Positions 26,319 to 37,600 of a stretch of 64,000 nt of DNA are shown in pieces. Both the position numbers and the translations under genes were made by a program. The notes under the pieces are model-generated. The model did no database searches and was not told where the DNA came from. It saw nothing but the letters and a program-made list of their open reading frames with translations. The DNA is from a virus, in the UHGV virus genome UHGV-0312576, one strand, 5' to 3'. How positions within the stretch are numbered: the first letter of the stretch is position 1; the number at the start of each line of letters is the position of its first letter.

Positions 26319-27386
26319 ATGACAGAAACAAAGAAAAAAGGAAGACTATTCGATTTACCTGAGACAAAAGGATCATTCCAGTTGAAAGGTATTGTTAGTG
26401 GTGTAGAGAAGGAAAACTTCTATAAGGAAATTAAGACCAAGAGCAATAAAGATATGAGAATGATTAACTTTGGAGTCGGATACGCTGAAGGCAGCACACT
26501 CTATGTTAATTTACAGGGTATGGAACAGGACAATGTTTACTACTCTAAGAAAGCAGAAAAGAAAGGCGAAAAAGGCGAAACTGTTAAAGTTCCTTGGGCA
26601 GACAGATTCACTTATAACCGTGAGGGATTCAGACTTATCGGTAAGAACATTGGCGTAAAGAAGAAAGTTGATGAGACTGGTAAGACTGTAAATGATAAGA
26701 AGGTTATGACAGACTTCGATGCTTGTAAGGAAGTAAATGAAAACCTTAAGGATGGTGCAAGCGTATTTATCAGAGGAACACTTGATTATAGCAGTTTCTT
26801 AGATAACAACGGCAACAAGAAGTCTTCCACAAAGTTAGTCCCTAATCAGATTTCCCTCTGTGCAGATGTTGTTTTTGATGATGATAACTTCACTCAGCAG
26901 AACGACTTCAATCAGGTAATTATCTTTATGGGAATTGGGCAGGAAAAGGTAGATGATAAGCCTACTGGTAGATTCGTAGTTGCTGCAAAGATTGTTACAT
27001 ATAGCACAATTGAAGATGTTGAGTTTATTGTGGAGAATAAGGATTTAGCTTCTAAATTTAAGAAATCTCTCAAGCCTTACAACGCAATCAAGGTTAATGG
27101 TCATATGGTTTCTTCTGTACAGACTGAGACTGTAGTTGATGATGACGACAATTGGGGCGAAGAAGACGCTATGGAAAAGGTATCTGCTCCTGTCAAGAGA
27201 GAGTTCATCATTACTGGTGCAAAGGGTTCTACTATCGACAAGGAACTTTATACGGAAGCAAATATTGCTGAAGCAATCGCAAAGATTAACAAGGCTAATA
27301 AGGCAGAAAATGACTTTGGTAGTGATGATGGTGATGATTGGGGAGAAGCTGATTTAGATTCTGATGAAGATGAAGCATGGGACTAA
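26319..27386 (+). CDS. Putative single-stranded DNA-binding protein (355 aa) with a strongly acidic C-terminal tail DDGDDWGEADLDSDEDEAWD.
   Basis: The acidic tail is typical of phage and bacterial SSBs. First gene of the replication operon. No clear OB-fold motif recognised. Confidence 0.3.
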   Translation: MTETKKKGRLFDLPETKGSFQLKGIVSGVEKENFYKEIKTKSNKDMRMINFGVGYAEGSTLYVNLQGMEQDNVYYSKKAEKKGEKGETVKVPWADRFTYNREGFRLIGKNIGVKKKVDETGKTVNDKKVMTDFDACKEVNENLKDGASVFIRGTLDYSSFLDNNGNKKSSTKLVPNQISLCADVVFDDDNFTQQNDFNQVIIFMGIGQEKVDDKPTGRFVVAAKIVTYSTIEDVEFIVENKDLASKFKKSLKPYNAIKVNGHMVSSVQTETVVDDDDNWGEEDAMEKVSAPVKREFIITGAKGSTIDKELYTEANIAEAIAKINKANKAENDFGSDDGDDWGEADLDSDEDEAWD

Positions 27387-27389
27387 TTA

Positions 27390-28145
27390 ATGGGTAAAGA
27401 TAACCAATTAAAAGATAGAACAGGCGAGGTGTCATACACCAAGTATGGCACTAAAGCCACTACCGTCCAGTATATCAATAATAAAGATGTGCTTGTTGAA
27501 TTTAATGATGATTATAGATTTCAGTATCACACAACATATATCAATTTTAAAAATGGAAGATTAACAAATCCATACGACAAAAGTATCTACAGAATTGGTT
27601 TTATCGGAATTGGAGATTATGATTCAAAACATATATCATATCCAGCTTGGTTCAATATGATTAAACGTTGTTACAAAAAACAAAAGAGTTATGATGATGA
27701 GTCCTATGATGATTGCATTGTCGATAAGGAATGGCACAACTTTCAGAATTTTGCAAAATGGTATGAAGAAAATATGTATGTGTGTGATGAACGTTTAGTG
27801 ATAGATAAGGACATTAAATTGCATGGGAACAGAATGTATTCAAAAGAGTATTGTATGTTATTACCAGAAAAAATAAACCTACTATTCATTAAAGAAAAGG
27901 CAAGACGAGGCGACTTGCCTATGGGAGTGCATTTCCATAAGGAAAGAGATAATTATGTAGCAATGTGTTCTGTAGATGGAAAAACAAAATATATTGGCTC
28001 ATATTCAAATCCTCAAATTGCATTTAATCATTATAAAGAGTTTAAAGAAAAGCATATTAAAAAGGTTTTAGAAAATTACATTGGTATTTTGCCAAGTGAT
28101 ATTTATAAAGCAGTTGAGAATTACAAAATAGAAATTACAGATTAA
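27390..28145 (+). CDS. AP2-domain protein, possibly a homing-endonuclease-like selfish gene.
   Basis: GVHFHKERDNYVAMCSVDGKTKYIGSYSNPQIAFNHYKEF matches the AP2/HNH-associated DNA-binding domain. Sits between the SSB-like and ATPase genes. Confidence 0.35.
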   Translation: MGKDNQLKDRTGEVSYTKYGTKATTVQYINNKDVLVEFNDDYRFQYHTTYINFKNGRLTNPYDKSIYRIGFIGIGDYDSKHISYPAWFNMIKRCYKKQKSYDDESYDDCIVDKEWHNFQNFAKWYEENMYVCDERLVIDKDIKLHGNRMYSKEYCMLLPEKINLLFIKEKARRGDLPMGVHFHKERDNYVAMCSVDGKTKYIGSYSNPQIAFNHYKEFKEKHIKKVLENYIGILPSDIYKAVENYKIEITD

Positions 28146-28159
28146 CGGAGGTAAATATA

Positions 28160-29326
28160 TTGAAGACAAGAGCAGCAAATAAAATTCAGACAAAGTTAGT
28201 TACATTATTATATGGTGCAACCTTTAGTGGAAAGACAACACTTGGATTACAGCTTGCAGATTTTAAGCGAAATGATGGCAAGCCTTTTAGAGTAGCAGTT
28301 GTTGATGCAGAAGGTGGCGGTGTAGATGACGCAGTTGAAGATTTAGAAGCAAGAGGTGTAGATACAAGAAATATTCATATTTTCTATACACAGAGCCTTC
28401 AGGAATTAATAACTATTCTTGATAAAATTAAAAACCATGACACATTCTACGAGTATGATGAAGAAGGTAATGAAACCGATGAGCCTATTTTAGACGCAGA
28501 TGGTGAAGAATTCTTCCCTGACGCACTTCTTATTGATGGTACATCAATTTTCAGACTGACAAGTGAACAGGGATTACTTGAATTGTCTAAGAAGAGAAAT
28601 ACTATTAAGGCAGATAAAGATGGTCTTGTTGGTGCAGAAAGATTCGTTAAAATTCAGGGTGCAGACCTTGAATTTAAGGATTACAAAAAGCTGAATTACT
28701 CTGGACAGAATTTAGTTCTTGACCTTATGGCAATTGGTATTAATGTTGTACTTACTGCAAGAGAGAAAGATGAAACAGTTCAGAAGATGGACAAGAACGG
28801 TCAGCAGGTTTCAGTATCTACTGGTAAAAAGGTGCACGATAGCTTTAAGGGAATCGACTACAACGTAAAGACTATTTTACATATGTATCAAGATAGCGAA
28901 ACTGGTCAGATTTGTGCAGAAGTTGTAAAGGATAGAACTAAGGTGCATAAGGCTGGTGACATTATTGAAGACCCTACATTACTTGATTGGCAGACAATCA
29001 TTGATAGAAACTCTGATAGAAAAGAATTTGTATTGAAAAATGACTTAGATAAGGCTGTTGAAACAGAGCAGAAGATGTATGAGAAAGAAGCAATGGAATT
29101 ACACAATTCATTAAAGGGTAATACAATAACTCCTGATACATCTAATAATGAAAAAACAAGCAATATTGAAGAAATGAAGACTGATATTCGTGCCAAGGTT
29201 AACGCTTTACCACCTGTTAAGAAGAAAGAAATGAAAGAAAAGTTAGAGAGAGCAGGGCTTCCCACAGTATTTAAGAACGTGACAGATGCGGCTGTTTTGC
29301 AGAAAGTTCTTGATATGTTCAAGTAA
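28160..29326 (+). CDS. RecA-like ATPase of the AAA_24 family (Sak4-like recombination/replication protein).
   Basis: Walker A LLYGATFSGKTT. Sits within the replication module. Confidence 0.45.
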   Translation: MKTRAANKIQTKLVTLLYGATFSGKTTLGLQLADFKRNDGKPFRVAVVDAEGGGVDDAVEDLEARGVDTRNIHIFYTQSLQELITILDKIKNHDTFYEYDEEGNETDEPILDADGEEFFPDALLIDGTSIFRLTSEQGLLELSKKRNTIKADKDGLVGAERFVKIQGADLEFKDYKKLNYSGQNLVLDLMAIGINVVLTAREKDETVQKMDKNGQQVSVSTGKKVHDSFKGIDYNVKTILHMYQDSETGQICAEVVKDRTKVHKAGDIIEDPTLLDWQTIIDRNSDRKEFVLKNDLDKAVETEQKMYEKEAMELHNSLKGNTITPDTSNNEKTSNIEEMKTDIRAKVNALPPVKKKEMKEKLERAGLPTVFKNVTDAAVLQKVLDMFK

Positions 29327-29354
29327 TATAAATTTTCGCATAGAAGGATAAAAT

Positions 29355-30218
29355 ATGAGAGCGACAAGAAAAGAAGGATGTATATGTCGAGTATGTGCTT
29401 GCTGCAATCAGTCCTTTTATATAGGTAAAGATAATATCAGTGATGCAATTTACTATGATAAAAAAACTTATCATAGTAATTGCTTTATTGATAAGCAAGT
29501 TAGCTCTTTTGCACCAAAAGAATTTAAAAATTCAAAGACAATGCCTAAAAACGATCAACTATTAGAATATTGTATAGATGTTCAAAAATATAAAAATGGT
29601 CGAAGGTATATTCCTAATGGAAAAGATAAAATAATACATGATTTTAATGAAGCAAAAAAGAAACGATATGAAGAGCAACTAATTGATTTTCACAATCGAG
29701 TAAATGATATAACCAATAATATATTGAACAGCGAAGAATTTATTCAATTAAAGAGAAATTCATATAATCATTTTTTGCGCTCGATAGAAAAGCAATGTGT
29801 GTATGACTTCATTTTAGAAGTTTATGATTTGAATATTATTCCTACTAATATTTGGGAAAAGATTACTGAGATTTATAATGGTACATATAAGGGGATGTCT
29901 ATTGGGATACCTCCAGAACATTTACTTGATATGTGGAAAAGAAAAATTGATATGTTAAATGGTGTTGCAGAGAGAAATGAAATTAAGGGAATCAAAATGT
30001 CGGCAGACCAAAGATTAAATTACGACTTGTCAATTTTGGTTAATAAATATGACAGCTATTTAAAATGGCTTGAAAAACAGAAAATTATAGCATCAGAAAA
30101 AGAAATAGAAAAAAGTGAAAATATTGTTTGTAAAAGCATTGGATATACTTCATCAAATAAAGCTGAAAAAAATGATTCAGATGATATATCTGCCTTGGTT
30201 GATGATATTTTCGGATGA
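29355..30218 (+). CDS. Hypothetical replication-module protein with an N-terminal zinc finger (287 aa).
   Basis: CICRVCACCNQ. RBS TAGAAGGATAAAAT then ATG. Confidence 0.45.
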   Translation: MRATRKEGCICRVCACCNQSFYIGKDNISDAIYYDKKTYHSNCFIDKQVSSFAPKEFKNSKTMPKNDQLLEYCIDVQKYKNGRRYIPNGKDKIIHDFNEAKKKRYEEQLIDFHNRVNDITNNILNSEEFIQLKRNSYNHFLRSIEKQCVYDFILEVYDLNIIPTNIWEKITEIYNGTYKGMSIGIPPEHLLDMWKRKIDMLNGVAERNEIKGIKMSADQRLNYDLSILVNKYDSYLKWLEKQKIIASEKEIEKSENIVCKSIGYTSSNKAEKNDSDDISALVDDIFG

Positions 30219-30235
30219 TTGGTGGTGGTAATTGA

Positions 30236-31783
30236 TTGACGGAAGAACATAGTGCTTCAAACATCCAAGCTGAGATATGCTTCGTAGGCGCACTACTCAA
30301 AGACCCTGATTCATTTGTTAATTATGGAAATTTTATGAGAAGTAAGTACGACTTCTCTGATCCGGCAGTAAAGTTCTTTTATGACAGCTTTGAAACCTAT
30401 TATTTGACTTTCTCACAGACAGTAGATGAGACAAAGGTGAATGTGTTTATGAGTCAAAATCCAGAGAGATTAAGCACATATAAACAATATAAAGGCTGGA
30501 AAACTATTCAACAATATATGAATCTTGCTGATGAAAATGATTGTAAAAATTATTTTGATACAGTGAAGAAATATTCTCTTGTTAGGGAGTATGGTAGAAA
30601 TGGATTTCCTGTTGATAAAATAATAGCCCATAATAACTTTGATAAAATGTCTCCTAATGATATTTACAGAATCATTCGTACAAAGGCAGACAAAATACAT
30701 ACCGTTATCAATGCTGGTGAAGAAGCAGTAGAACTTACTGACAATAATACATCTCAAATTGACAAATATCTTGAAAAACCAAATTTCGGTTTGCCTTTTC
30801 CTTGGTATATGTATAATGAATATTTTCTTGGCATGAGAGAAACGAAGTTATTATTTGAAGGTTTCTTATCTAATGAGGGTAAAACGAGAAAATTGGTATT
30901 GTTAGCTGCTTATGTTGCATTAGTTCAAAATGAGAATTTCTTCTTAATGAGTAATGAGATGGACGAAGAAGACCTGCGTAGTTGTTTAATTACAACGGTT
31001 ATCAACAACAAAGACTTTCAAGAATTGCATGGAGTTGTCCTTGAAAAGCCGGAAAAAGAGATTGTCTTAGGCGTTTATCATGACCGAAAAGGAGAAATTA
31101 TTAGAAGAAAGATAGATGATTTTGGTATCTATATTGAATCTAATGAAGATTATATCAAACGAGTTCAGTCTGAATCAGATGAATATTGGCAAGTAAGAAA
31201 AGTAACAGAATGGATTGATAGTCTAGATAGAAAAGGCAAGGTAATGTTTAAGGATGTCGGCAATGATTATAGTCCTGAACAAATTGAATTTGAATTGCGT
31301 AAAGCAAAGATGGTTCAGAATATCAAATACTTTGGGTATGACACTCTAAAAGGCTACAACACTGATGATTGGTCACAGATTAAACAGTTTGCAACAAGAT
31401 TAAAAGAACTCACAAAAGAGTTGCGAATGAGTGGATATGCAGTATTTCAGTTAAGTGATGATACAGTATTTACTGATATTTTTAGTCTAAGCAGTAATAA
31501 TATTGCCAATGCAAAACAGATTAAACATGTTGCTGACATATTGAACATTGGTAAGAAACTCAATAAAGATGAATATCACAAGTATCAAATGGTGGCAGAG
31601 AATGATAGTTGGGGAGAGCCAGTAACAGAAGATTTAGATTTAAAGAAACAATACTTTTGCATTAAACCAGATAAGAATAGAGCTGGTAGCAAAGATAAAA
31701 TCATGTTATTCGAGATAGACCTTAACTTAAATGTTTGGAGAAATATAGGTTATATCATTAAAAGACCTAAAAATTCAGAGTAA
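30236..31783 (+). CDS. DnaB-like replicative helicase with a non-canonical Walker A (FLSNEGKT).
   Basis: DnaB N-terminal signature IQAEICFVGALLKDPDSF. RecA-like core FLMSNEMDEEDLRSCLITTV aligns with DnaB FSLEMs.eqL..R. Confidence 0.5.
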   Translation: MTEEHSASNIQAEICFVGALLKDPDSFVNYGNFMRSKYDFSDPAVKFFYDSFETYYLTFSQTVDETKVNVFMSQNPERLSTYKQYKGWKTIQQYMNLADENDCKNYFDTVKKYSLVREYGRNGFPVDKIIAHNNFDKMSPNDIYRIIRTKADKIHTVINAGEEAVELTDNNTSQIDKYLEKPNFGLPFPWYMYNEYFLGMRETKLLFEGFLSNEGKTRKLVLLAAYVALVQNENFFLMSNEMDEEDLRSCLITTVINNKDFQELHGVVLEKPEKEIVLGVYHDRKGEIIRRKIDDFGIYIESNEDYIKRVQSESDEYWQVRKVTEWIDSLDRKGKVMFKDVGNDYSPEQIEFELRKAKMVQNIKYFGYDTLKGYNTDDWSQIKQFATRLKELTKELRMSGYAVFQLSDDTVFTDIFSLSSNNIANAKQIKHVADILNIGKKLNKDEYHKYQMVAENDSWGEPVTEDLDLKKQYFCIKPDKNRAGSKDKIMLFEIDLNLNVWRNIGYIIKRPKNSE

Positions 31784-31797
31784 ACGGAGGGTGGCAA

Positions 31798-32823
31798 TTG
31801 GATGCCAAAGAACTAAAGAATTACATATATGAGAATAGATATGTTGAGCAGATATTAGAGTCCATCGGTTGCCACCATATTAAGTATCATGCTTCAAATG
31901 CCTATTGGACTTGTGCAAATGCTAATGGAGACAATAATGGAGCAATTGTCTTGTATAACAATGAATATTTAATGTGCCTGAATTATACAAGACAGATGAT
32001 AAAAGGTGATCGAAAGACTGATATTGTTGATTTAGTTTGTTATACAAAAGATTTAACTTTTCCAGAAGGATTGAAATTTATATGTGAAGAAATTGGAATG
32101 TCATATTATCACGATTTTGATGAGGATATTCCTGATAGTTTTAAAATTCTAAAAATTATTGATGATATGAACTCCAATTCCTTAGAAGAAAAAGAAAAGC
32201 CATTAAAGCCAATTAGCGAACGAATTCTTTCCTATTATAAAGAGTACGTCAATGACTTATTCTATGAAGATAATATTGATTATTCTACCCAAAAAGAGTT
32301 TGAGATTGGCTTTGATGAAGAAAGCAACAGATACACAATACCTATTCGTTCAGAAATTGGTGATTTAGTCGGTGTCAAAGGTAGGTATTTTGATAGAAAA
32401 GTTCCAGAAGGAGAGAATAAATATATATACCTTGAGCCTTGTGCGAAGTCAAAAATAATATATGGGCTTTATAAAACATTAGAATATATCAAGGCGAAAG
32501 GCAGAATTTATGTAGGAGAAGCTGAAAAATTTCCACTCCAATTGTGGAGTTATGGCTATAGAAATAGCGGTAGTACAGGTGGTAAAGAATTATCGCAGTA
32601 TCAAATTGATATGTTAGTAAGATTGGGTGTCGATATCGTGTTGTGCTTCGACAAAGACGTAACTAAAGAAGAATACGAAGAAATAGCTGAGAGATTTCCA
32701 GATGGTGTTCCGCTTTTTTATATGTTTGATGAAGACAACATCTTAGAGGAACATGAGTCTCCTTCAGATACCCCTACAAAGTGGCAGTATATGGTAGAAC
32801 ACAATATTTACAAACTGAGATAG
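31798..32823 (+). CDS. DnaG-like DNA primase (TOPRIM domain).
   Basis: TOPRIM acidic motifs YVGEAEKFP ... VLCFDKDV. Sits between the helicase and exonuclease genes. Confidence 0.55.
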   Translation: MDAKELKNYIYENRYVEQILESIGCHHIKYHASNAYWTCANANGDNNGAIVLYNNEYLMCLNYTRQMIKGDRKTDIVDLVCYTKDLTFPEGLKFICEEIGMSYYHDFDEDIPDSFKILKIIDDMNSNSLEEKEKPLKPISERILSYYKEYVNDLFYEDNIDYSTQKEFEIGFDEESNRYTIPIRSEIGDLVGVKGRYFDRKVPEGENKYIYLEPCAKSKIIYGLYKTLEYIKAKGRIYVGEAEKFPLQLWSYGYRNSGSTGGKELSQYQIDMLVRLGVDIVLCFDKDVTKEEYEEIAERFPDGVPLFYMFDEDNILEEHESPSDTPTKWQYMVEHNIYKLR

Positions 32824-32829
32824 TGAGGT

Positions 32830-34638
32830 GTGAATTTGCAATACAAATTATATGAAAATGGAAATAATGATACTTCTAATGTGTTAGCAGAAGTTCTTAA
32901 AAATAGAGGAATAGATGATTACAACAGATATTTAAACTTAGACGAGAGTGTTGTTGAACCATATCGAAACTTAGACAATATTGAAGAAGCAGTTAGTTTA
33001 TTCATGAAACATTTCAATCAAAAAAATAAAATTGGAATATTAGTTGATGAAGATCCAGATGGGTTTTGCTCCGCTGCAATGATGTATTCGTACATAAAAC
33101 AAATGGATAGTGATTATCCAGTTGATTACATTTTACATGGAAGAGCAAAAGCACATGGGCTATCAGATGATGTAAAGATTTTAAGTGATATTGATTTGTT
33201 AATTATTCCTGATGCTGGAACAAATGATAAAAATGAAATTAAACATATTAATGAAGATGGAATAGACATTTTGATATTAGACCATCATGAATTAGAAGGA
33301 AAAAATAAGCAAGAGGATTTAATATTTGATGACGCTTTAAATGGAACGATATACGAAACGGTAATTGTCAATAATCAAATGAGTAACAATTATTCCAATA
33401 AAAATCTGTGTGGCGCTGGTGTGGTATATCGTTTTTTACAGGCATTGGATGAAGAAAATTGGAATGAGTTTGCAGATGATTATTTGGATTTATGTGCATT
33501 GGCGAACATTAGTGACGTAATGGATATGCGTTCTTTTGAGACACGGTATTTTACAGATATGGGATTATTAAATATACAAAATAAATGTTTTAAAGCTCTT
33601 GTGGATGCACAGGATTATAGTATGGGTGGCAAGATAAATATTCATAATGTTCAATGGTATATTACTCCCATTTTAAACGGAATGATCAGGATTGGCTCGT
33701 CAGAAGAAAAGGAATTATTATTTAGGGCATTTATTGAACAGGATGAATTCTTTGAATATAAGAAACGTAAGCCTGCTGAAACAATTCAAGAAAGCATATA
33801 TGACAGAGCAGCTAGGTTATGTAAAAATGCAAAAAGTAGGCAAGACAAACAAAAAGAAAAATGTGTATCTCAAATTGCAGAGATTGCACAACATATTCCA
33901 CAGGAAAATAAAGTGGTTATGATTGATACTTCTGATATTCTTGATAATGGTTTGACTGGCGTTGTTGCTATTAAGATTGCTGAAATGTTCAATAAGCCAT
34001 GTATTCTACTAAATAAATTTTTAGATAAGAAAACAGGGAAGATTACATATGGTGGCAGTGCAAGAAATATTGATAACAGTCCTATTGATAGTTTCAAGGA
34101 TATAGTAAACAGCACAAATATATTAGATGGTAGAGGTCATGCCAACGCCTTCGGTATTGTTGGTTTAGAGATAGATAAAAAAGATGACGCATTAAACAGG
34201 CTCAATGATATTTTACAGGATGTTGAGTATGATTCTACATACAGAGTTGATTTCATTGTGGACATTGATGATGTGACCGTTAAGATTGTTACTGATTTAG
34301 CAAGGCTTGAAGATATTATCGGACAAGGCATCGAGGAACCGATGCTTGCAATTGAAAATATCAGTCTTACAAAAGAACAATTTGAGATATTTGGAAAGAA
34401 TGAAGATACTATTAGTTTTATGATTGATGAGATTAAATATATCCAATTCAAATGTAAAGAAGGAAACCAACTGTATGACTGGCTACAAAATGCCTGGGAC
34501 GAAAATGATAGCGTGGTCTTTAATATTGTAGGAAAACCATCAATTAACGAATATAACGGAGTTAGAACACCACAAATAATTATAGAAGATGTTGTTGTGG
34601 TAAGTACAAATAATTCAGATAATGAGGAAGAATGGTAG
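32830..34638 (+). CDS. RecJ-like DHH/DHHA1 phosphoesterase (ssDNA exonuclease).
   Basis: DHH motifs LVDEDPDGFCSAAM, ILILDHHE and GRGHANAFG (GGH-like). Confidence 0.6.
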   Translation: MNLQYKLYENGNNDTSNVLAEVLKNRGIDDYNRYLNLDESVVEPYRNLDNIEEAVSLFMKHFNQKNKIGILVDEDPDGFCSAAMMYSYIKQMDSDYPVDYILHGRAKAHGLSDDVKILSDIDLLIIPDAGTNDKNEIKHINEDGIDILILDHHELEGKNKQEDLIFDDALNGTIYETVIVNNQMSNNYSNKNLCGAGVVYRFLQALDEENWNEFADDYLDLCALANISDVMDMRSFETRYFTDMGLLNIQNKCFKALVDAQDYSMGGKINIHNVQWYITPILNGMIRIGSSEEKELLFRAFIEQDEFFEYKKRKPAETIQESIYDRAARLCKNAKSRQDKQKEKCVSQIAEIAQHIPQENKVVMIDTSDILDNGLTGVVAIKIAEMFNKPCILLNKFLDKKTGKITYGGSARNIDNSPIDSFKDIVNSTNILDGRGHANAFGIVGLEIDKKDDALNRLNDILQDVEYDSTYRVDFIVDIDDVTVKIVTDLARLEDIIGQGIEEPMLAIENISLTKEQFEIFGKNEDTISFMIDEIKYIQFKCKEGNQLYDWLQNAWDENDSVVFNIVGKPSINEYNGVRTPQIIIEDVVVVSTNNSDNEEEW

Positions 34639-34646
34639 GTGATTGA

Positions 34647-37600
34647 TTGTTTACACTTTTACATATACATACAACTAAAGGTTCTCTGCTGGATTCCATA
34701 TTGACTGTTGAAGAAGCTGTTAAATTTGCAAGTGAAAACGGTATGAAAGCTATGGCTTTAACTGATCATGGAAGTATGGCTTCATTTGTGGATTTTGTTA
34801 AAGAATGTAATAAATATAATATCAAGTCCATAATCGGCAATGAGATTTATGAAGTAGATGATATGTGGGAAAAGGCAGACACAAAAGAGTACACTCAACC
34901 ACGCTACCATCTGATTTTATTAGCAAGAACACAAGAGGGATATAAAAATCTCATTAAGATTACATCCGTATCAAGAACAGAAGGATTATATAAGAAACCA
35001 AGAATTGATATTAAATACATTAAAGAAAATGGGCTTGGCAGGGGAATTATTTGTTTAACTGCTTGTCAAGCAGGTAGGTTAAGCAGATACCTTACTAATG
35101 GGAAGTATGACGAAGCAGAACAATTTGTTAGTCGTTTACAAAATACTTTTGATTATGTGGTATGTGAGCTTCAGTCTCATAATACAGAAGACCAGGCAAA
35201 TGCTAACAAATTGATTTATGAATTTTCTCAGAAGCATAATTTACCATATACCATTACGACAGACGCGCATATGTTAAGTGATTCTTTAAAAGATTCACAT
35301 GCAATGTTTGTTGAAATTGGAGAAGGTAGAGAAGTAGGAGAGAGTTATACAGACTGCTATTTGCAAACGGAAGATGAGATTTATGAAAAATTATCTGATC
35401 AGTTCTCGGAAGAAGTAATTAAAAAAGGTATTGAAGAATCTATAAATATTGCTGACATTGTAGAGAATGTTGATATTGGCTTAAACAAAGGAAATATCAT
35501 GCCAAAGATTAACATTGAAAATGGCTACGATAGTCACGAAGATTATCTAAGATATTTAGTGTTTAAGACCTTTGATGAAAAGTTTGGTCATATGTCAAAA
35601 GAAGACCAAGAGATAAGAAGACAAAGACTTGAAACAGAATTGCCAGTATTATATGTAGTTGATTATACAGACTACTTCATTATGCTATATATGCTTGCAA
35701 AAGAAGCACGAAAAAGACATATTCCATTAGGTTATTCCAGAGGTTCAGGTGCAAACTGCTTGTGTTTATTTATGCTAAATGTAACACAGATTGATAGCGT
35801 AAGATGGGATTTAGACTTTTCTCGTTTTGCTAATCTTGGAAGAAAGTCTATGGCAGACTTTGATTGGGATATTTCAAAACGTAGAAGAAAAGAAATGGTT
35901 GAGATTTCCGAAGAGTTGTTTGGAAAAGAGAATGTCGCACCAATTGCAACATTCAATACATTAAGTACAAAGGTTGCTATCCGTGATATTGGTAAAGTTC
36001 TGGATGAGAAAGAAGATTCTCCTTACTATAAGCAGATCCCTTATAAGCTGCGTGATGAAGTTGCAAAAATGATTCCTACAATTAAAACTCTGAATGATTT
36101 AGGAGAAGAGGAAGAAAAAGATGTGCTTCTAAAAGATATTCTTAATAAGAATGAAAAACTGAAAGAAGTACATGATAAGTTCCCATTATGGTTCAAATAC
36201 GTTATGGATGTTGAGGGATTGCCCAAATCAATGGGTAGACATGCAGCCGGTACTCTTATTACACCCACACCAGTTACAGATTATTGTCCATTATGTTATG
36301 ACTCAGAGAAGAATATTATGATTGAGTTAGAAATGCATAATGCAATGGATGATTTGGGTCTTGTCAAAATGGATTACCTTGGCTTGGAAACACTTGATAT
36401 TATTGACGATACTCTCAAAATGGCAGGTATCACTTGGGAAGATGTAGATATTAACCACTTAGACCTTAATGATAAAGCAGTATTTGACACTGTATATAAG
36501 AATGGTAATACAGTAGGTATTTTCCAGATGGAGTCAGCAGAAGCAAGACGAATGTGTATTGAAGCCAAAGCGGATAACGTAGAGGATATCATTGTTGTGA
36601 ATGCTGCGAATCGACCAGGTACTAAAGAGAGTTTTCCTACATATTGTCAGAATAAGTTACATCCTGAAAGTGTAGAGGTTTTACACGATGATTTAAGAGA
36701 ATTATTTGGTAAGACGCACTTTATCTTGTTATATCAGGAACAAGCATTACAACTTTTTAGACATGCTGGTTTCCCAGAAGACCAAGTAGATAATGCGAGA
36801 CGTGCTATGGGTAAGAAAATCAAAGCAGTTATGGAAGGTTTAGAGACTGACTTTAGAAAAGGACTTACTGAAAAGGGTTGGAACAATGAACAGTTAATTG
36901 AGATTTGGCAGTTAATGTTAAAGCAATCTGAGTACTGTTTCAATCGAGGTCATGCAGTTGCCTACGGTCTGTTATCTTACTTAACAGCATACCTAAAAAC
37001 GCACTACACAATCTATTTTATGGCTTCATTACTTACTTCAAAGAGTGATAAGGTTCAGAAAATCAGCATTGTAATCAATGATTGCAAGCGATTAGGTATT
37101 AAGGTATCGCAACCAAACGTTAATAAATCTGATATGAAATTCACAGCATTACCAGAAAAGAATGAAATTCTGTTTGGTTTGTTGGCAGTAAAAGGTCTTG
37201 GAGAGTCAATCGTTTATAAGATTATTGAAAACAGACCATATCAGAGTATGAATGACTTTGTTGAAAGAGTGGCAGATAAGACTGCAATCATTACTTTGAT
37301 TAAAGCAGGTGCTATTCCTACTAAGGATAAAATGCTTTTGTTGAAGAAGTATGCAAATAGTTTGTTTGAGAAGAAAGATTATAAGCCTGTAACAACAGTT
37401 CCATCACCATATTCTAAACTCATTCCTTTTGGATTAGATGTAGAAGATTATAGAGATGGCAAAAAGGTTGATAAAGACAGATTGTTGGCAGATTACAACA
37501 AAGCAAAAGAGAAGATATATATTGAAGAACAAAGTCAGAAGTATAAGAAACATATGATGGAGTTCAAAGAGAAATATGCAAAAGATGAATATATGTGGGA

